A stretch of DNA of 20,000 nt from an uncultured virus (IMG/VR IMGVR_UViG_3300037088_000888) (Duplodnaviria > Heunggongvirae > Uroviricota > Caudoviricetes): IMG/VR virus record IMGVR_UViG_3300037088_000888; one strand, given 5' to 3'. The first letter of the stretch is position 1. The number at the start of each line of letters is the position of its first letter. Shown piece after piece: positions 1 to 8,467 of this stretch. The notes below the pieces were generated by a model, which searched no databases, had not been told where the DNA came from, and was given only the letters and a program-made list of their open reading frames with translations. The translations under genes and the position numbers were made by a program.

Positions 1-1396
1 AAGTAGCGCATATTGCTGTACTACCAGATAATAAAAATGATAATGGAACACAACCACATAATGCTTTTGAATTAATACTACTTGTCGAACATAATGCTGT
101 TGAACCCGTATTAAGATAATATGATGCACTTTGATTATTTAATTTTGAACTATTAACAGCAGTTCCACCTGATAAAAGAAAACTTGCAGGTACACAACCA
201 CAAAGTGCTTTTGAATTAATAGAACTTGTTGCACAGATAGCTGTACTACCTGTATTAAGATAGTATGTAGGTAATTTATTATTAAAACAAGTTGAATTTA
301 CAGAATTAGTCGCACAAATAGCTGTACCACCTGATAATAAGAAACTTGCAGGTACACAACCACATAATGCTTTTGAATTAATACTTGAAGTTGCACATAT
401 CGAAGTACCACCACTAAGTAAAAATGATGCTGGTACACAACCACATAATGTCAATGAATTTATTGCAGTTGTTGCACATATTGCAGTGCCACCACTTAAC
501 AAATATTGATTATGAGTGTGTCCAGTGTTACTTTTACCAGCTAAAGCATTAACAAGTCCCGTTACTTGATTTTGAGTAATTGTAATTCCTGATTGTTTAA
601 AATGAATTGTTGTATCGCCCGTATGTGAAACAAATGCAATATTAGGTGCATAAATTCCTGTGTGGGTATGTCCAGTACTTGATTTTCCTGCTAAATCTAA
701 CACTAAATTAGTTACTTGTCTTTCTGCAATAGTTATACCACTTTGTTTGAAATGTATCGTAGAATCACTTGTATGCCCCGTTAAATCCGATTCAAGTGCA
801 TAGATATCTAAATTTGGTAAATTTGTAAGTCCACTATAAGGATGCGTATGTATTAAATTCGCTTTCTCTGATAATAAATTTGGAATTGTTGTACCAGTAA
901 AAGCATTAAAATTGATGTTAGTAACACCAGAACCAGCAGCAATGATATTATTAATATTTAATCCACTATCAACTAAACTACCGTTTGTAGTGATTGTTGG
1001 AATATTATTAATAATTCCATCAGCAATTTTATTGATTTTATTTTCGGTTTTACCACTAATAGATTTGATATTGGTATTTAATGGTATTATTGTTTGAAAT
1101 AATTGATTTAATGTAATATTATCTGATAATACTGTTGTTCCTGTTAATTGATTGTAATTAGTAACATCAATAATATTTGATGGTGATATGTGATTTATCC
1201 ATTCTGATATATTATTTTCTAAATTATTAACAATTGTTGTTCCAACAACTCTCCAGAAATAAATTGGTTGTATTTCATTCAGAATAAAATCAGAATATAA
1301 TGATTGTTCTGTTCCACCTGTTGATGTATCAGAACTATTTTTTCTAATAATAGTGTTACCAAAATCTGTTCTATATATGTAATACAAATTAGTCAT
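1..1396 (-). CDS. Putative tail fibre / virion fibre protein with HxH repeats and Cys-rich 27-aa repeats (3' end outside the window; not in ORF track)
   Basis: Manual translation from ATG at 1396 (MTNLYYIYRTDFGNTII...) is open to the window edge (465 codons). It contains HTH tripeptides, two 50-aa repeats (HFKQSGITI...LAGKSxTGHTH) and tandem LLSGGTAICATSSINSKALCGCVPASF units. It lies 4 nt downstream of the gp15-like gene. Confidence 0.75.
   Translation of the reverse strand, partial: MTNLYYIYRTDFGNTIIRKNSSDTSTGGTEQSLYSDFILNEIQPIYFWRVVGTTIVNNLENNISEWINHISPSNIIDVTNYNQLTGTTVLSDNITLNQLFQTIIPLNTNIKSISGKTENKINKIADGIINNIPTITTNGSLVDSGLNINNIIAAGSGVTNINFNAFTGTTIPNLLSEKANLIHTHPYSGLTNLPNLDIYALESDLTGHTSDSTIHFKQSGITIAERQVTNLVLDLAGKSSTGHTHTGIYAPNIAFVSHTGDTTIHFKQSGITITQNQVTGLVNALAGKSNTGHTHNQYLLSGGTAICATTAINSLTLCGCVPASFLLSGGTSICATSSINSKALCGCVPASFLLSGGTAICATNSVNSTCFNNKLPTYYLNTGSTAICATSSINSKALCGCVPASFLLSGGTAVNSSKLNNQSASYYLNTGSTALCSTSSINSKALCGCVPLSFLLSGSTAICAT
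2..500 (-). repeat. Tandem ~81-bp (27-aa) imperfect coding repeats, about 6 units
   Basis: GG(T/A)ACACAACCACA recurs at 45, 189, 351 and 432 (spacings 144, 162, 81). These alternate with YYLNTGSTAxC variant units. Confidence 0.9.
516..780 (-). repeat. Two 150-bp (50-aa) coding repeats ending in GHTH
   Basis: TCCAGT at 521 and 671; HFKQSGITI is encoded twice. Confidence 0.85.
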
Positions 1397-1400
1397 TTTT

Positions 1401-2786
1401 TTATATTTTTTCTATTCTTATCCACGATTCGTTCGGTACTGATAGAGCACTTCCACTGTCACCGATTCTAAAAACCATTAATTCTATATAATCATTAGCA
1501 TATAATAATTTTGTATATGTGGGTATTTGACTTGTCCCCTCATTATCAAAGGTATTAATATCTCCAGATGTGGTCGTTAATTGCGCAACATAATTAATTC
1601 CATTTTTTCTTACTGAACTACCAATAAGTTTTATACCCTCTGATTGATTAAGAATAGTTACCGAGTATGATATATTATAATGACCAGTAGTTGTTATGTA
1701 AATACGAGAACCACCAGTAAAACTTATACTTTTTCCGCTATATTCCTGCGTGTCCCAATTAATTGGTGTTGGTATAATGTCATTTACTTCCAAATTTCCG
1801 ACACTATCAACTAATTGAATGAATGAATTTAATGTTGAAGCATTAAATATTAAACTATTTGTTGTGGCAGATATTGACATATTAGAACCAGCCACTAACG
1901 ATTTATTATTTACATTATTATTTATAATACCCACACTTAAAACATATCTATTACCTAAATTAGCAACATTTCTAATATTAGAAGCATATATATTTCCAGC
2001 ATTATATACTGCTCCGTGAGAACTTACTGTTTTAATACTGATTTTTGGTTTTCTTGATGTTTTAACAATTTCGAATTCTTTTTCGTCTTGGATAAAACCT
2101 AATATTTTCAAAGCATACTTGCTGACAAAAAATCTATCACCGTCAATATTTTCAATTGGATTTGCTTCAGCAAAACCTTCAAAAAGTAATGGTAAAGGAT
2201 TACCCTTAATAAAAAGATATTCCTGACGTGAAGCAAAGTTTTTCAAAACTTGTTCATCATATGTGTTAACATCAACTCTATATTTAGTAAACAACGCAAC
2301 TTCGTATATCATATCAACATTGGTGGGTTCTGGCATTTTAAATCTTAAATAAATAACTTCACCATTGTCCAATATTGGCACATCCATATATCTGAATTTA
2401 CGTGGCTGTGGTATACGATATTTTTTACCAAGACGTGTACCTGCCTGCTTGTCGATACGTCTGATTGTAATATATGGCGTGGGAACATTGTGGTCTAAAT
2501 CACTAAATTTCCATGTCTTACTGAATTCACCCCATCTGTCATTATCCATATAAAAAGTAGGGACGTTTCTATTATCAATAACTAATTTCATTCCGGTATC
2601 ATTAACATAATCGAATAGTCCCTGATCTAAATCTTCAAGCAATATGGTTCTTGGAAAATATTTGGTGTTAACATCTGTCAAACGCATCAATTCTTCAATT
2701 CTATCTATACCATACTTAAGATATTCAGTACCAATTTTTGGTGGGTTGATATCAAGGGTTAATTTTACTTTTTTTGGTAGTGACAT
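1401..2786 (-). CDS. gp15-like tail terminator / sheath stabiliser with C-terminal C1q/BclA-like beta domain
   Basis: N-terminal ~250 aa contain PTNVDMIYEVALFTKYRVDVNTYDEQVL, resembling the T4 gp15 family pattern. The C-terminal ~140 aa (RIYITTTGHYNISYSV...LYANDYIELMV...WIRIEKI) fit a C1q/TNF-like jelly-roll pattern. Structural gene context. Confidence 0.55.
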   Translation of the reverse strand: MSLPKKVKLTLDINPPKIGTEYLKYGIDRIEELMRLTDVNTKYFPRTILLEDLDQGLFDYVNDTGMKLVIDNRNVPTFYMDNDRWGEFSKTWKFSDLDHNVPTPYITIRRIDKQAGTRLGKKYRIPQPRKFRYMDVPILDNGEVIYLRFKMPEPTNVDMIYEVALFTKYRVDVNTYDEQVLKNFASRQEYLFIKGNPLPLLFEGFAEANPIENIDGDRFFVSKYALKILGFIQDEKEFEIVKTSRKPKISIKTVSSHGAVYNAGNIYASNIRNVANLGNRYVLSVGIINNNVNNKSLVAGSNMSISATTNSLIFNASTLNSFIQLVDSVGNLEVNDIIPTPINWDTQEYSGKSISFTGGSRIYITTTGHYNISYSVTILNQSEGIKLIGSSVRKNGINYVAQLTTTSGDINTFDNEGTSQIPTYTKLLYANDYIELMVFRIGDSGSALSVPNESWIRIEKI

Positions 2787-2871
2787 GAAAATAATTTATT
2801 ATAAATACTTGTATATTACTTATATTTTTTGTAATATTGCAAGTATTTATGTATAGCAAATAATAGACAAT

Positions 2872-3030
2872 ATGAAAAATTTAAATAAAATCAAAATGCT
2901 TACTGTCAGAATTGATTCTGATTTAAATGAAAAATTTCAAAAGCATTGTAAAAAAAATGGATATGCGATATCAAAAAGAATAAGAATATTAATGGAAAAC
3001 GATATAAATGGAAATAGAAATATTAGTTAA
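2872..3030 (+). CDS. Ribbon-helix-helix DNA-binding protein, 52 aa (not in ORF track)
   Basis: Manual translation MKNLNKIKMLTVRIDSDLNEKFQKHCKKNGYAISKRIRILMENDINGNRNIS*. It shows the LTVRI strand, a helix, G-x-x-x-S-x-x-IR and a second helix (CopG/Arc pattern). Overlaps the next gene by 23 nt. Confidence 0.7.
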   Translation: MKNLNKIKMLTVRIDSDLNEKFQKHCKKNGYAISKRIRILMENDINGNRNIS

Positions 3031-4714
3031 TGAAAAAGGTGATTGTATTAAAGAAATTTACTTAAAAAGGGATAATATTACTTTGCATAAGGAAATTAAT
3101 AAATTTAATTTAATTTTTAATAATAATAATTTTATTTGGAGTCATAAAGTTTATAATTATATAAACAATATCACGGAAATACCTAAATGTTCAATATGTA
3201 AAAAAGATTTAAATTTTTTATCATTTAAATCTGGATATAGAAAATATTGTTCAATTAAATGTGCTGTTAATTCTTCTGAGTTTAAAGCAAATAAAGAAAA
3301 AACGATGATTAAAAATTATGGGGTTAAAAATCCTTCACAATCTAATATAATTAAAGAAAAAAAAGAAAAAACGTTATTAAAAAACTATGGTGTTACGCAT
3401 CCATTAAAATCTGACATAATTAAAGAACGTGTAATTCAAACAAACATTAAACATTGGGGAGTAGAAAACGTATCACAATCAGATATTGTTAGTGAAAGAA
3501 AGAAAAATACATTCTTAAAAAATTATAATGTTGAATATGGTTTTCAGTCAGAAGAAATCAAAGATAAAATAACTACAACAATACAAAATAAATATAATGT
3601 TGATAATTACGTGCAATCCAAAGAAAATAAATTATGTATTAAAAATAGCATGGATATAAAAAGAAAAAATTTCTGGTCAGATTATTTAAAAATTGATGCT
3701 TCAAACATAATTATTAGTGGCAGTACAATTACAATAAAAAATTTATGTAAATTACATGACAGTTTTGAAATTAACAGATATAATCTTTACAACAGAACAA
3801 TTGTGTATTTGCTTGAAAACATATGTACAAAATGTAATCCAATATCTGAACAATCGTCAATTAAAGAAAATGAAGTTCGTAATTTTATTGAAAACGAATT
3901 GGATATTAAAACTGAAAAAATTAGAATAGATAATAAAGAAATTGATATTTATATGCCAGATTATAAATTAGGTATTGAATTTGATGGCTTATATTGGCAC
4001 TCTGATAATCAAAAAGATAGTAAATATCATTTGAACAAAACTGAATTATGCGAAAAAGAAAGAATACAATTATTACATATTTTTGAAGACGAATGGATAT
4101 TTAAAAAAGATATTGTAAAATCAATTATAAGGTCTAAGTTAAATATTATTGAAAATAAAATATTTGCTCGTAAATGTATAATAAGAGAAATTGATAATAA
4201 TCTTACAAAAGAATTTTTAATTAATAATCACATTCAAGGTAGTGTAAATAGTAAAATTAAATTAGGTTTATTTTATAATAACGAGTTGGTTAGTATAATG
4301 ACTTTCGGTAAAAAACGTATTAGTATGGGTAATAAAATCAGAACTGATGGCGAATATGAGATGTTGAGATTTTGTAACAAACTTAATACTCAAGTAATTG
4401 GAGGTGCAAGTAAACTATTAAGTTATTTTATTAAAACATATAATCCAAAGTCAATTTTAACTTTTGCAGATAAACGCTATAGTCAAGGCAAGCTATATAT
4501 AAATTTGGGATTTGAATTTGTCTGTGATACTCAGCCTAATTATTTTTATTTTAAACCAAGCGAAATGATTAGGTATTATCGTTTTAAATTTAGAAAAGAT
4601 GTGTTGGTTAAAGAAGGTTATGATTCATCAAAAACTGAATTTCAAATTATGAATGAACGTGAATATTTAAGAATTTATGACTGCGGTCACATGAAATTTG
4701 AAAAAATTCTTTGA
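3008..4714 (+). CDS. Hef-like / Vsr-like (PD-(D/E)xK superfamily) putative homing endonuclease with YGV repeats
   Basis: CSIC...YCSIKC Zn motif, five 23-aa KNYGVxNxSQS repeats, nuclease motif EIDIY...GIEFDGLYWHS...LLHIFEDEW, and a C-terminal ARKC...NHIQG...RFCNK...GGASKL...TFADKR...IYDCG domain typical of phage Hef-like proteins. Confidence 0.7.
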   Translation: MEIEILVNEKGDCIKEIYLKRDNITLHKEINKFNLIFNNNNFIWSHKVYNYINNITEIPKCSICKKDLNFLSFKSGYRKYCSIKCAVNSSEFKANKEKTMIKNYGVKNPSQSNIIKEKKEKTLLKNYGVTHPLKSDIIKERVIQTNIKHWGVENVSQSDIVSERKKNTFLKNYNVEYGFQSEEIKDKITTTIQNKYNVDNYVQSKENKLCIKNSMDIKRKNFWSDYLKIDASNIIISGSTITIKNLCKLHDSFEINRYNLYNRTIVYLLENICTKCNPISEQSSIKENEVRNFIENELDIKTEKIRIDNKEIDIYMPDYKLGIEFDGLYWHSDNQKDSKYHLNKTELCEKERIQLLHIFEDEWIFKKDIVKSIIRSKLNIIENKIFARKCIIREIDNNLTKEFLINNHIQGSVNSKIKLGLFYNNELVSIMTFGKKRISMGNKIRTDGEYEMLRFCNKLNTQVIGGASKLLSYFIKTYNPKSILTFADKRYSQGKLYINLGFEFVCDTQPNYFYFKPSEMIRYYRFKFRKDVLVKEGYDSSKTEFQIMNEREYLRIYDCGHMKFEKIL

Positions 4715-4740
4715 ACTTAAAAATTAAATGATTACATTTG
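4710..4740 (+). promoter_or_regulatory. Bacteroidota-type primary sigma promoter (-33 TTTG, -7 TACATTTG)
   Basis: TTTG at 4710-4713, 19-nt spacer, TACATTTG at 4733-4740; 18 nt upstream of the ATG at 4759. Confidence 0.65.
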
Positions 4741-4758
4741 CGTAATTAATATAAATTT

Positions 4759-5133
4759 ATGTTAGCAGAGCGTAAAGAAATTCTTAATGAGGATAAAAGT
4801 TTAGGATACATAGAATCAGTATTTGAATCTGATAATGTATTAAAAACTACATATTTCCCTAATAATCAAAGACTTTATATTGCATTTAATCGTGGCGAAA
4901 CTTATTCGTATAGTAATGTCACACCAGAAATGTATAAAGAATTTGAAGAAGCGGAATCTCAGGGCAAATGGTTTTTTAAACGAATCAACAAGAATCCAAG
5001 GCATCCATACCGTAAAGAATTTACTTTATATCCAAATGAAGTAAAAGAACTTAAGGAAATTGTAGAAGCAAAAAAATTATCTCAAATTGAGAAAGATCAG
5101 ATAGATAAAATAATGAAAAACGAAAATGAATAG
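4759..5133 (+). CDS. KTSC domain protein
   Basis: Y...QRLYIAFNRGETYSYSNVTPEMYKEFEEAESQGKWFFKRI matches the KTSC pattern. Confidence 0.75.
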   Translation: MLAERKEILNEDKSLGYIESVFESDNVLKTTYFPNNQRLYIAFNRGETYSYSNVTPEMYKEFEEAESQGKWFFKRINKNPRHPYRKEFTLYPNEVKELKEIVEAKKLSQIEKDQIDKIMKNENE

Positions 5134-5458
5134 TATCGAAGAACTTCAGAATCTTATTGAATTACTTAAACAGGCATTAAATTTTTATGCTAATGGTGAA
5201 AACTATAAAGGTAATAAAAGTGCAAGTAGTTGTTGTAGTGGTATATCAGTATCAAAAGTTGAAATGGACGAAGGTATTCAGGCACGCTTTGCGTTAAAAC
5301 AAGCAGAAGAATTGATTGAAACAAATCGTAAAATGCAAGAAGATTATGATAGACTTATGTCTGCTGCAGATCAACTTCAAGCAACCGGTGATATGGCAGA
5401 CCCACAAGAATTAATTAAAGCATTTAAAATATTAGGAAATGAAGATAAAAATGTTTAA
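5126..5458 (+). CDS. Hypothetical helical protein
   Basis: 110-aa ORF overlapping the upstream gene; predicted coiled-coil character. Confidence 0.7.
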   Translation: MNSIEELQNLIELLKQALNFYANGENYKGNKSASSCCSGISVSKVEMDEGIQARFALKQAEELIETNRKMQEDYDRLMSAADQLQATGDMADPQELIKAFKILGNEDKNV

Positions 5459-5493
5459 TTAATATAATTTTAAATCAATAATAAAAACATACT

Positions 5494-5682
5494 ATGAAAG
5501 GCACAACTGGAAAGAAAATGAGAAGGGAGAATGCCAAGAAAATGCTTGAAGCACAACTCCTTAGAGGTACAAAACCCGAAAAAGTAAATGGTAAAACAAC
5601 CAATAATATGATACCACTGACTACTGGTGATATCACCCGCATCAATCGTGAGATTGAAGAAATAAATAATAAGAAGAAATAA
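5494..5682 (+). CDS. Small basic hypothetical protein
   Basis: 62-aa ORF with an A-rich leader, co-oriented with its neighbours. Confidence 0.6.
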   Translation: MKGTTGKKMRRENAKKMLEAQLLRGTKPEKVNGKTTNNMIPLTTGDITRINREIEEINNKKK

Positions 5683-5869
5683 TACCATTACTGATTGAAT
5701 TTAAAGATGAAATACCAATAATTTTTGATAATATTATAATATAACAATGGGTTGAATGATAGTAACTAAAATATGGTACAATATTATACAAATGTGAACA
5801 TTTAATAACTTATTTTTAATAATTGTATAGCATTTCAACTCATTGGAGTATTTATAATAAAATATTTGA

Positions 5870-6469
5870 ATGATTGGAATTAAAGAAGCAGCAAAATTAC
5901 TTGGAATTACTCCCAAAACATTAAGAATATGGGAGAAGGAAGGTAAAGTTATCAGTCACAGGACTGAAGGGGGACATAGAAGATATAATGTTTCTGAACT
6001 TATTGGTAGTCATGGAGATAAATTATTAACAATTGCATACGCAAGAGTATCAAGCAGTGACCAAAAAGAAGATTTAAAAAGACAAGAAATGGTGTTGGAA
6101 AATTATTGTGCAAACAAAGGATTTGAATTTGAATTGATTTCTGATTTAGGTTCTGGAATGAACTACAAGAAAAAAGGACTTGTCAGATTAATAAAATTAA
6201 TTTGTAGTAATCAAATTGACAGATTAGTAATCACGCATAAAGACAGATTATTGAGATTTGGAAGTGAATTAATATTTATGCTTTGTGAAATATTTGCTGT
6301 TGAGGTTTGTATAATCAATAGAAGTGAAGATAGTACCCTTGAAGAAGACTTAGCCAATGATGTATTGGAAATTATAACTGTCTTCAGTGCAAGATTATAT
6401 GGAAGTAGAAGTCATAAGAATAAACAAATAATACAACAGTTGAAACAAGTAGCCAAAGAATTAAAATGA
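5870..6469 (+). CDS. tnpA: IS607 transposase (MerR-like HTH + serine recombinase)
   Basis: EAAKLLGITPKTLRIWEKEG...RTEGGHRRY; YARVSS catalytic motif; DLGSGMN; HKDRLLRFG; FSARLYGSRS. Confidence 0.95.
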   Translation: MIGIKEAAKLLGITPKTLRIWEKEGKVISHRTEGGHRRYNVSELIGSHGDKLLTIAYARVSSSDQKEDLKRQEMVLENYCANKGFEFELISDLGSGMNYKKKGLVRLIKLICSNQIDRLVITHKDRLLRFGSELIFMLCEIFAVEVCIINRSEDSTLEEDLANDVLEIITVFSARLYGSRSHKNKQIIQQLKQVAKELK

Positions 6470-7641
6470 AATCAATTAAAGTAAGATTGGAACTAAATAA
6501 TAAGCAAATCACACTTGCAAATAAACACGCAGGAGTGACAAGATATGCTTATAATTGGGGAAAATCTGTTTGTGATTTGGCAATACAAAATGGTGAACAC
6601 CGACCATCAGCAATTGATTTGCATAAGAAATTTGTTGCAGAAGAAAAAAGCGTTAAACCTTATTTATATGAAGTTTCTAAATGGTCTTCTCAACAAGGTT
6701 TGAGAAATCTGGATGAAGCATATAAAAGAATATTTAAAGTTAAAGGTAGTCGTTTTCCTAAGTTCAAAAAGAAAGGACAATATGATAGTTTTTACTTGGA
6801 AGGTGATATCAAAACAAATAACAATAAAATTAAAGTGCCTAAGTTTGGTTGGTTGAGATGCTCAGAAATATTACCAGAATGTCAGATTAAAAATGTGGTT
6901 ATTAGTAAAACGGCTAATCAATGGTTCATTGCTTTTAAAATACCTTTTGAACCAGAAATAATTAATAAAACAAATGGTATTGTCGGTATTGATTTAGGTA
7001 TTAAAACATTAGCAACATTATCAGATAGTAAAATATTTGAAGCAGTTAAACCATATAAAAAGAACAAGAGAAAATTAAAAATATTACAAAGAAAATTAAG
7101 TAAGAAACAGAAAGGTAGCCAAAACAGAAAAAAAGCAGTATTGAAAGTTGCAAAATTGCATTATAAAATTAGTTGTATTCGTAAAGATACCACACATAAA
7201 TTGACAACATATTTAAGTAAAAACCACACTGAATGTGTAATTGAAGACCTTTGTGTTCGTGGTATGAGTAAAAATCACAAACTTGCATCAGCCATATTGG
7301 ATGGTGGATTTTCAGAGTTCAGAAGACAATTGGAATATAAATGCCAATGGTATGGTAGTATTTTGACCATTGTTGATAGATTCTATCCGAGCAGTAAGAC
7401 ATGTTCAAATTGTGGTAATATTAAAAAAGAACTGAAACTATCTGAGAGAACTTATGTTTGTGAGAATTGCGGTCTGGTAATTGACAGAGATTTAAATGCT
7501 GCAATTAATTTAAGAAATAAGTCGGCAAGTTATGCCGAATCAGCCTGTGGAGTGCCTAAACAATTAAACTCTTTTGAGTTTAATGGTGCAATGAATCAGG
7601 AAGTAAACAGCAATGTTCAACATTGTGTAAGTTTTATATAA
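6466..7641 (+). CDS. tnpB: RNA-guided endonuclease TnpB
   Basis: RuvC I GIDLG, RuvC II VIEDL, Zn finger CSNC...CENC, RuvC III DRDLNAAINL. Confidence 0.95.
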   Translation: MKSIKVRLELNNKQITLANKHAGVTRYAYNWGKSVCDLAIQNGEHRPSAIDLHKKFVAEEKSVKPYLYEVSKWSSQQGLRNLDEAYKRIFKVKGSRFPKFKKKGQYDSFYLEGDIKTNNNKIKVPKFGWLRCSEILPECQIKNVVISKTANQWFIAFKIPFEPEIINKTNGIVGIDLGIKTLATLSDSKIFEAVKPYKKNKRKLKILQRKLSKKQKGSQNRKKAVLKVAKLHYKISCIRKDTTHKLTTYLSKNHTECVIEDLCVRGMSKNHKLASAILDGGFSEFRRQLEYKCQWYGSILTIVDRFYPSSKTCSNCGNIKKELKLSERTYVCENCGLVIDRDLNAAINLRNKSASYAESACGVPKQLNSFEFNGAMNQEVNSNVQHCVSFI

Positions 7642-7920
7642 CGGAAATATCAATTTTCATTTGATATTCCAATCGATTCAGATTTATTATTGGCTATCAA
7701 ACTTGCTATAGAAAAACGTGATAGAACATTTGATGATTTGGCTACATGTATAAAAACAGGTGGAATGCTTAAAGAAAATAGAAACGAAATGATTGTTAAA
7801 CTGGATACTATTTTAGAGCAGAATGAAAGTATTAAATTAATGGAAGATGCTCTGGTTGCAGTAAGAACATATAAACTTGAATTGAAAAATAATGAAGAAA
7901 ATAAAAAATAATTACGTTGA

Positions 7921-8175
7921 ATGATAATACTATACATATTGCTTATATTATTAGCATTAGCCGTTCTCTTTCTTTCTCTTGCAATATATTATTTTTTAAA
8001 AAAGGGAGTATTTATTTCTGATAAGGAAAAAGAATTTATTGTATTTGTTATTGATATATTTGAGCAATATGGTGATGATCTTGGTATTCAATCAAAAGAA
8101 CAACAGAAAAAATTGGTTGATGAACTTGAAAAGATAAAAAATAAATATTTTAAAATAAAAAAGGAGTCTAATTGA
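7921..8175 (+). CDS. Small membrane-anchored hypothetical protein
   Basis: N-terminal hydrophobic stretch of about 25 aa followed by a charged tail. Confidence 0.7.
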   Translation: MIILYILLILLALAVLFLSLAIYYFLKKGVFISDKEKEFIVFVIDIFEQYGDDLGIQSKEQQKKLVDELEKIKNKYFKIKKESN

Positions 8176-8190
8176 CTCCTTTATTATTAT
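8157..8190. terminator. Probable bidirectional intrinsic terminator
   Basis: AAAGGAGTC-TAATT-GACTCCTTT 9-bp stem between convergent genes, flanked by an A-run and T-rich sequence. Confidence 0.75.
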
Positions 8191-8207
8191 TTATTATAGT
8201 TTCATTG

Positions 8208-8459
8208 TTAAATCGGAGTATTTCCAACATAAAAATCTTTACTTTGATCATAAGAACCTACTGTATCTCCTGAAGTAACAAAATCTGCATCAAGTGCAAT
8301 CTTTTTTTGATTTGCTACATTCAGTGCATCTATTGCTGCAAGTTCAGTATCAAAATCTGTTTGTGCCTGTACAGGATTAGTTTCAAAATCAGCAATTTTT
8401 CCCGAATAAATACCTGTTCTAAGAAAAAATCTATCTGTTATTATTGTTAATGCTTTCAT
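8208..8459 (-). CDS. Small putative virion protein (LRTG...AAI module)
   Basis: 83 aa; shares RFFLRTG...FDTELAAIDAL with the two upstream genes. Confidence 0.7.
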   Translation of the reverse strand: MKALTIITDRFFLRTGIYSGKIADFETNPVQAQTDFDTELAAIDALNVANQKKIALDADFVTSGDTVGSYDQSKDFYVGNTPI

Positions 8460-8467
8460 AATTATAA

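Larger units (their letters stand above)
5775..7644 (+). mobile_element. IS607-family insertion sequence (tnpA + tnpB)
   Basis: Serine-recombinase tnpA overlaps tnpB by ATGA. GG is present at both boundaries (5775-76, 7643-44). An imperfect subterminal inverted repeat lies at 5784-5802 / 7612-7630 (15/19). Excision restores an ORF. Confidence 0.9.
5756..7911 (+). pseudogene. 95-aa hypothetical gene interrupted by IS607 (segments 5756-5776 and 7645-7911)
   Basis: Joining ATG ATA GTA ACT AAA ATA TGG to AAA TAT CAA TTT... at the shared GG gives a single open frame, MIVTKIW|KYQFSFDIPIDSDLLLAIKLAIEKRD...NEENKK*. Confidence 0.75.

Noticed and set aside
2..500. Regularly spaced repeats as a possible CRISPR array
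   Set aside because: The units are degenerate, spaced in multiples of 3 and lie in an open frame with no unique spacers; they are coding repeats.
5777..5869. IStron (group I intron fused to IS607)
   Set aside because: Only about 93 nt of AT-rich sequence lie between the left end and tnpA, too short for a group I intron core.
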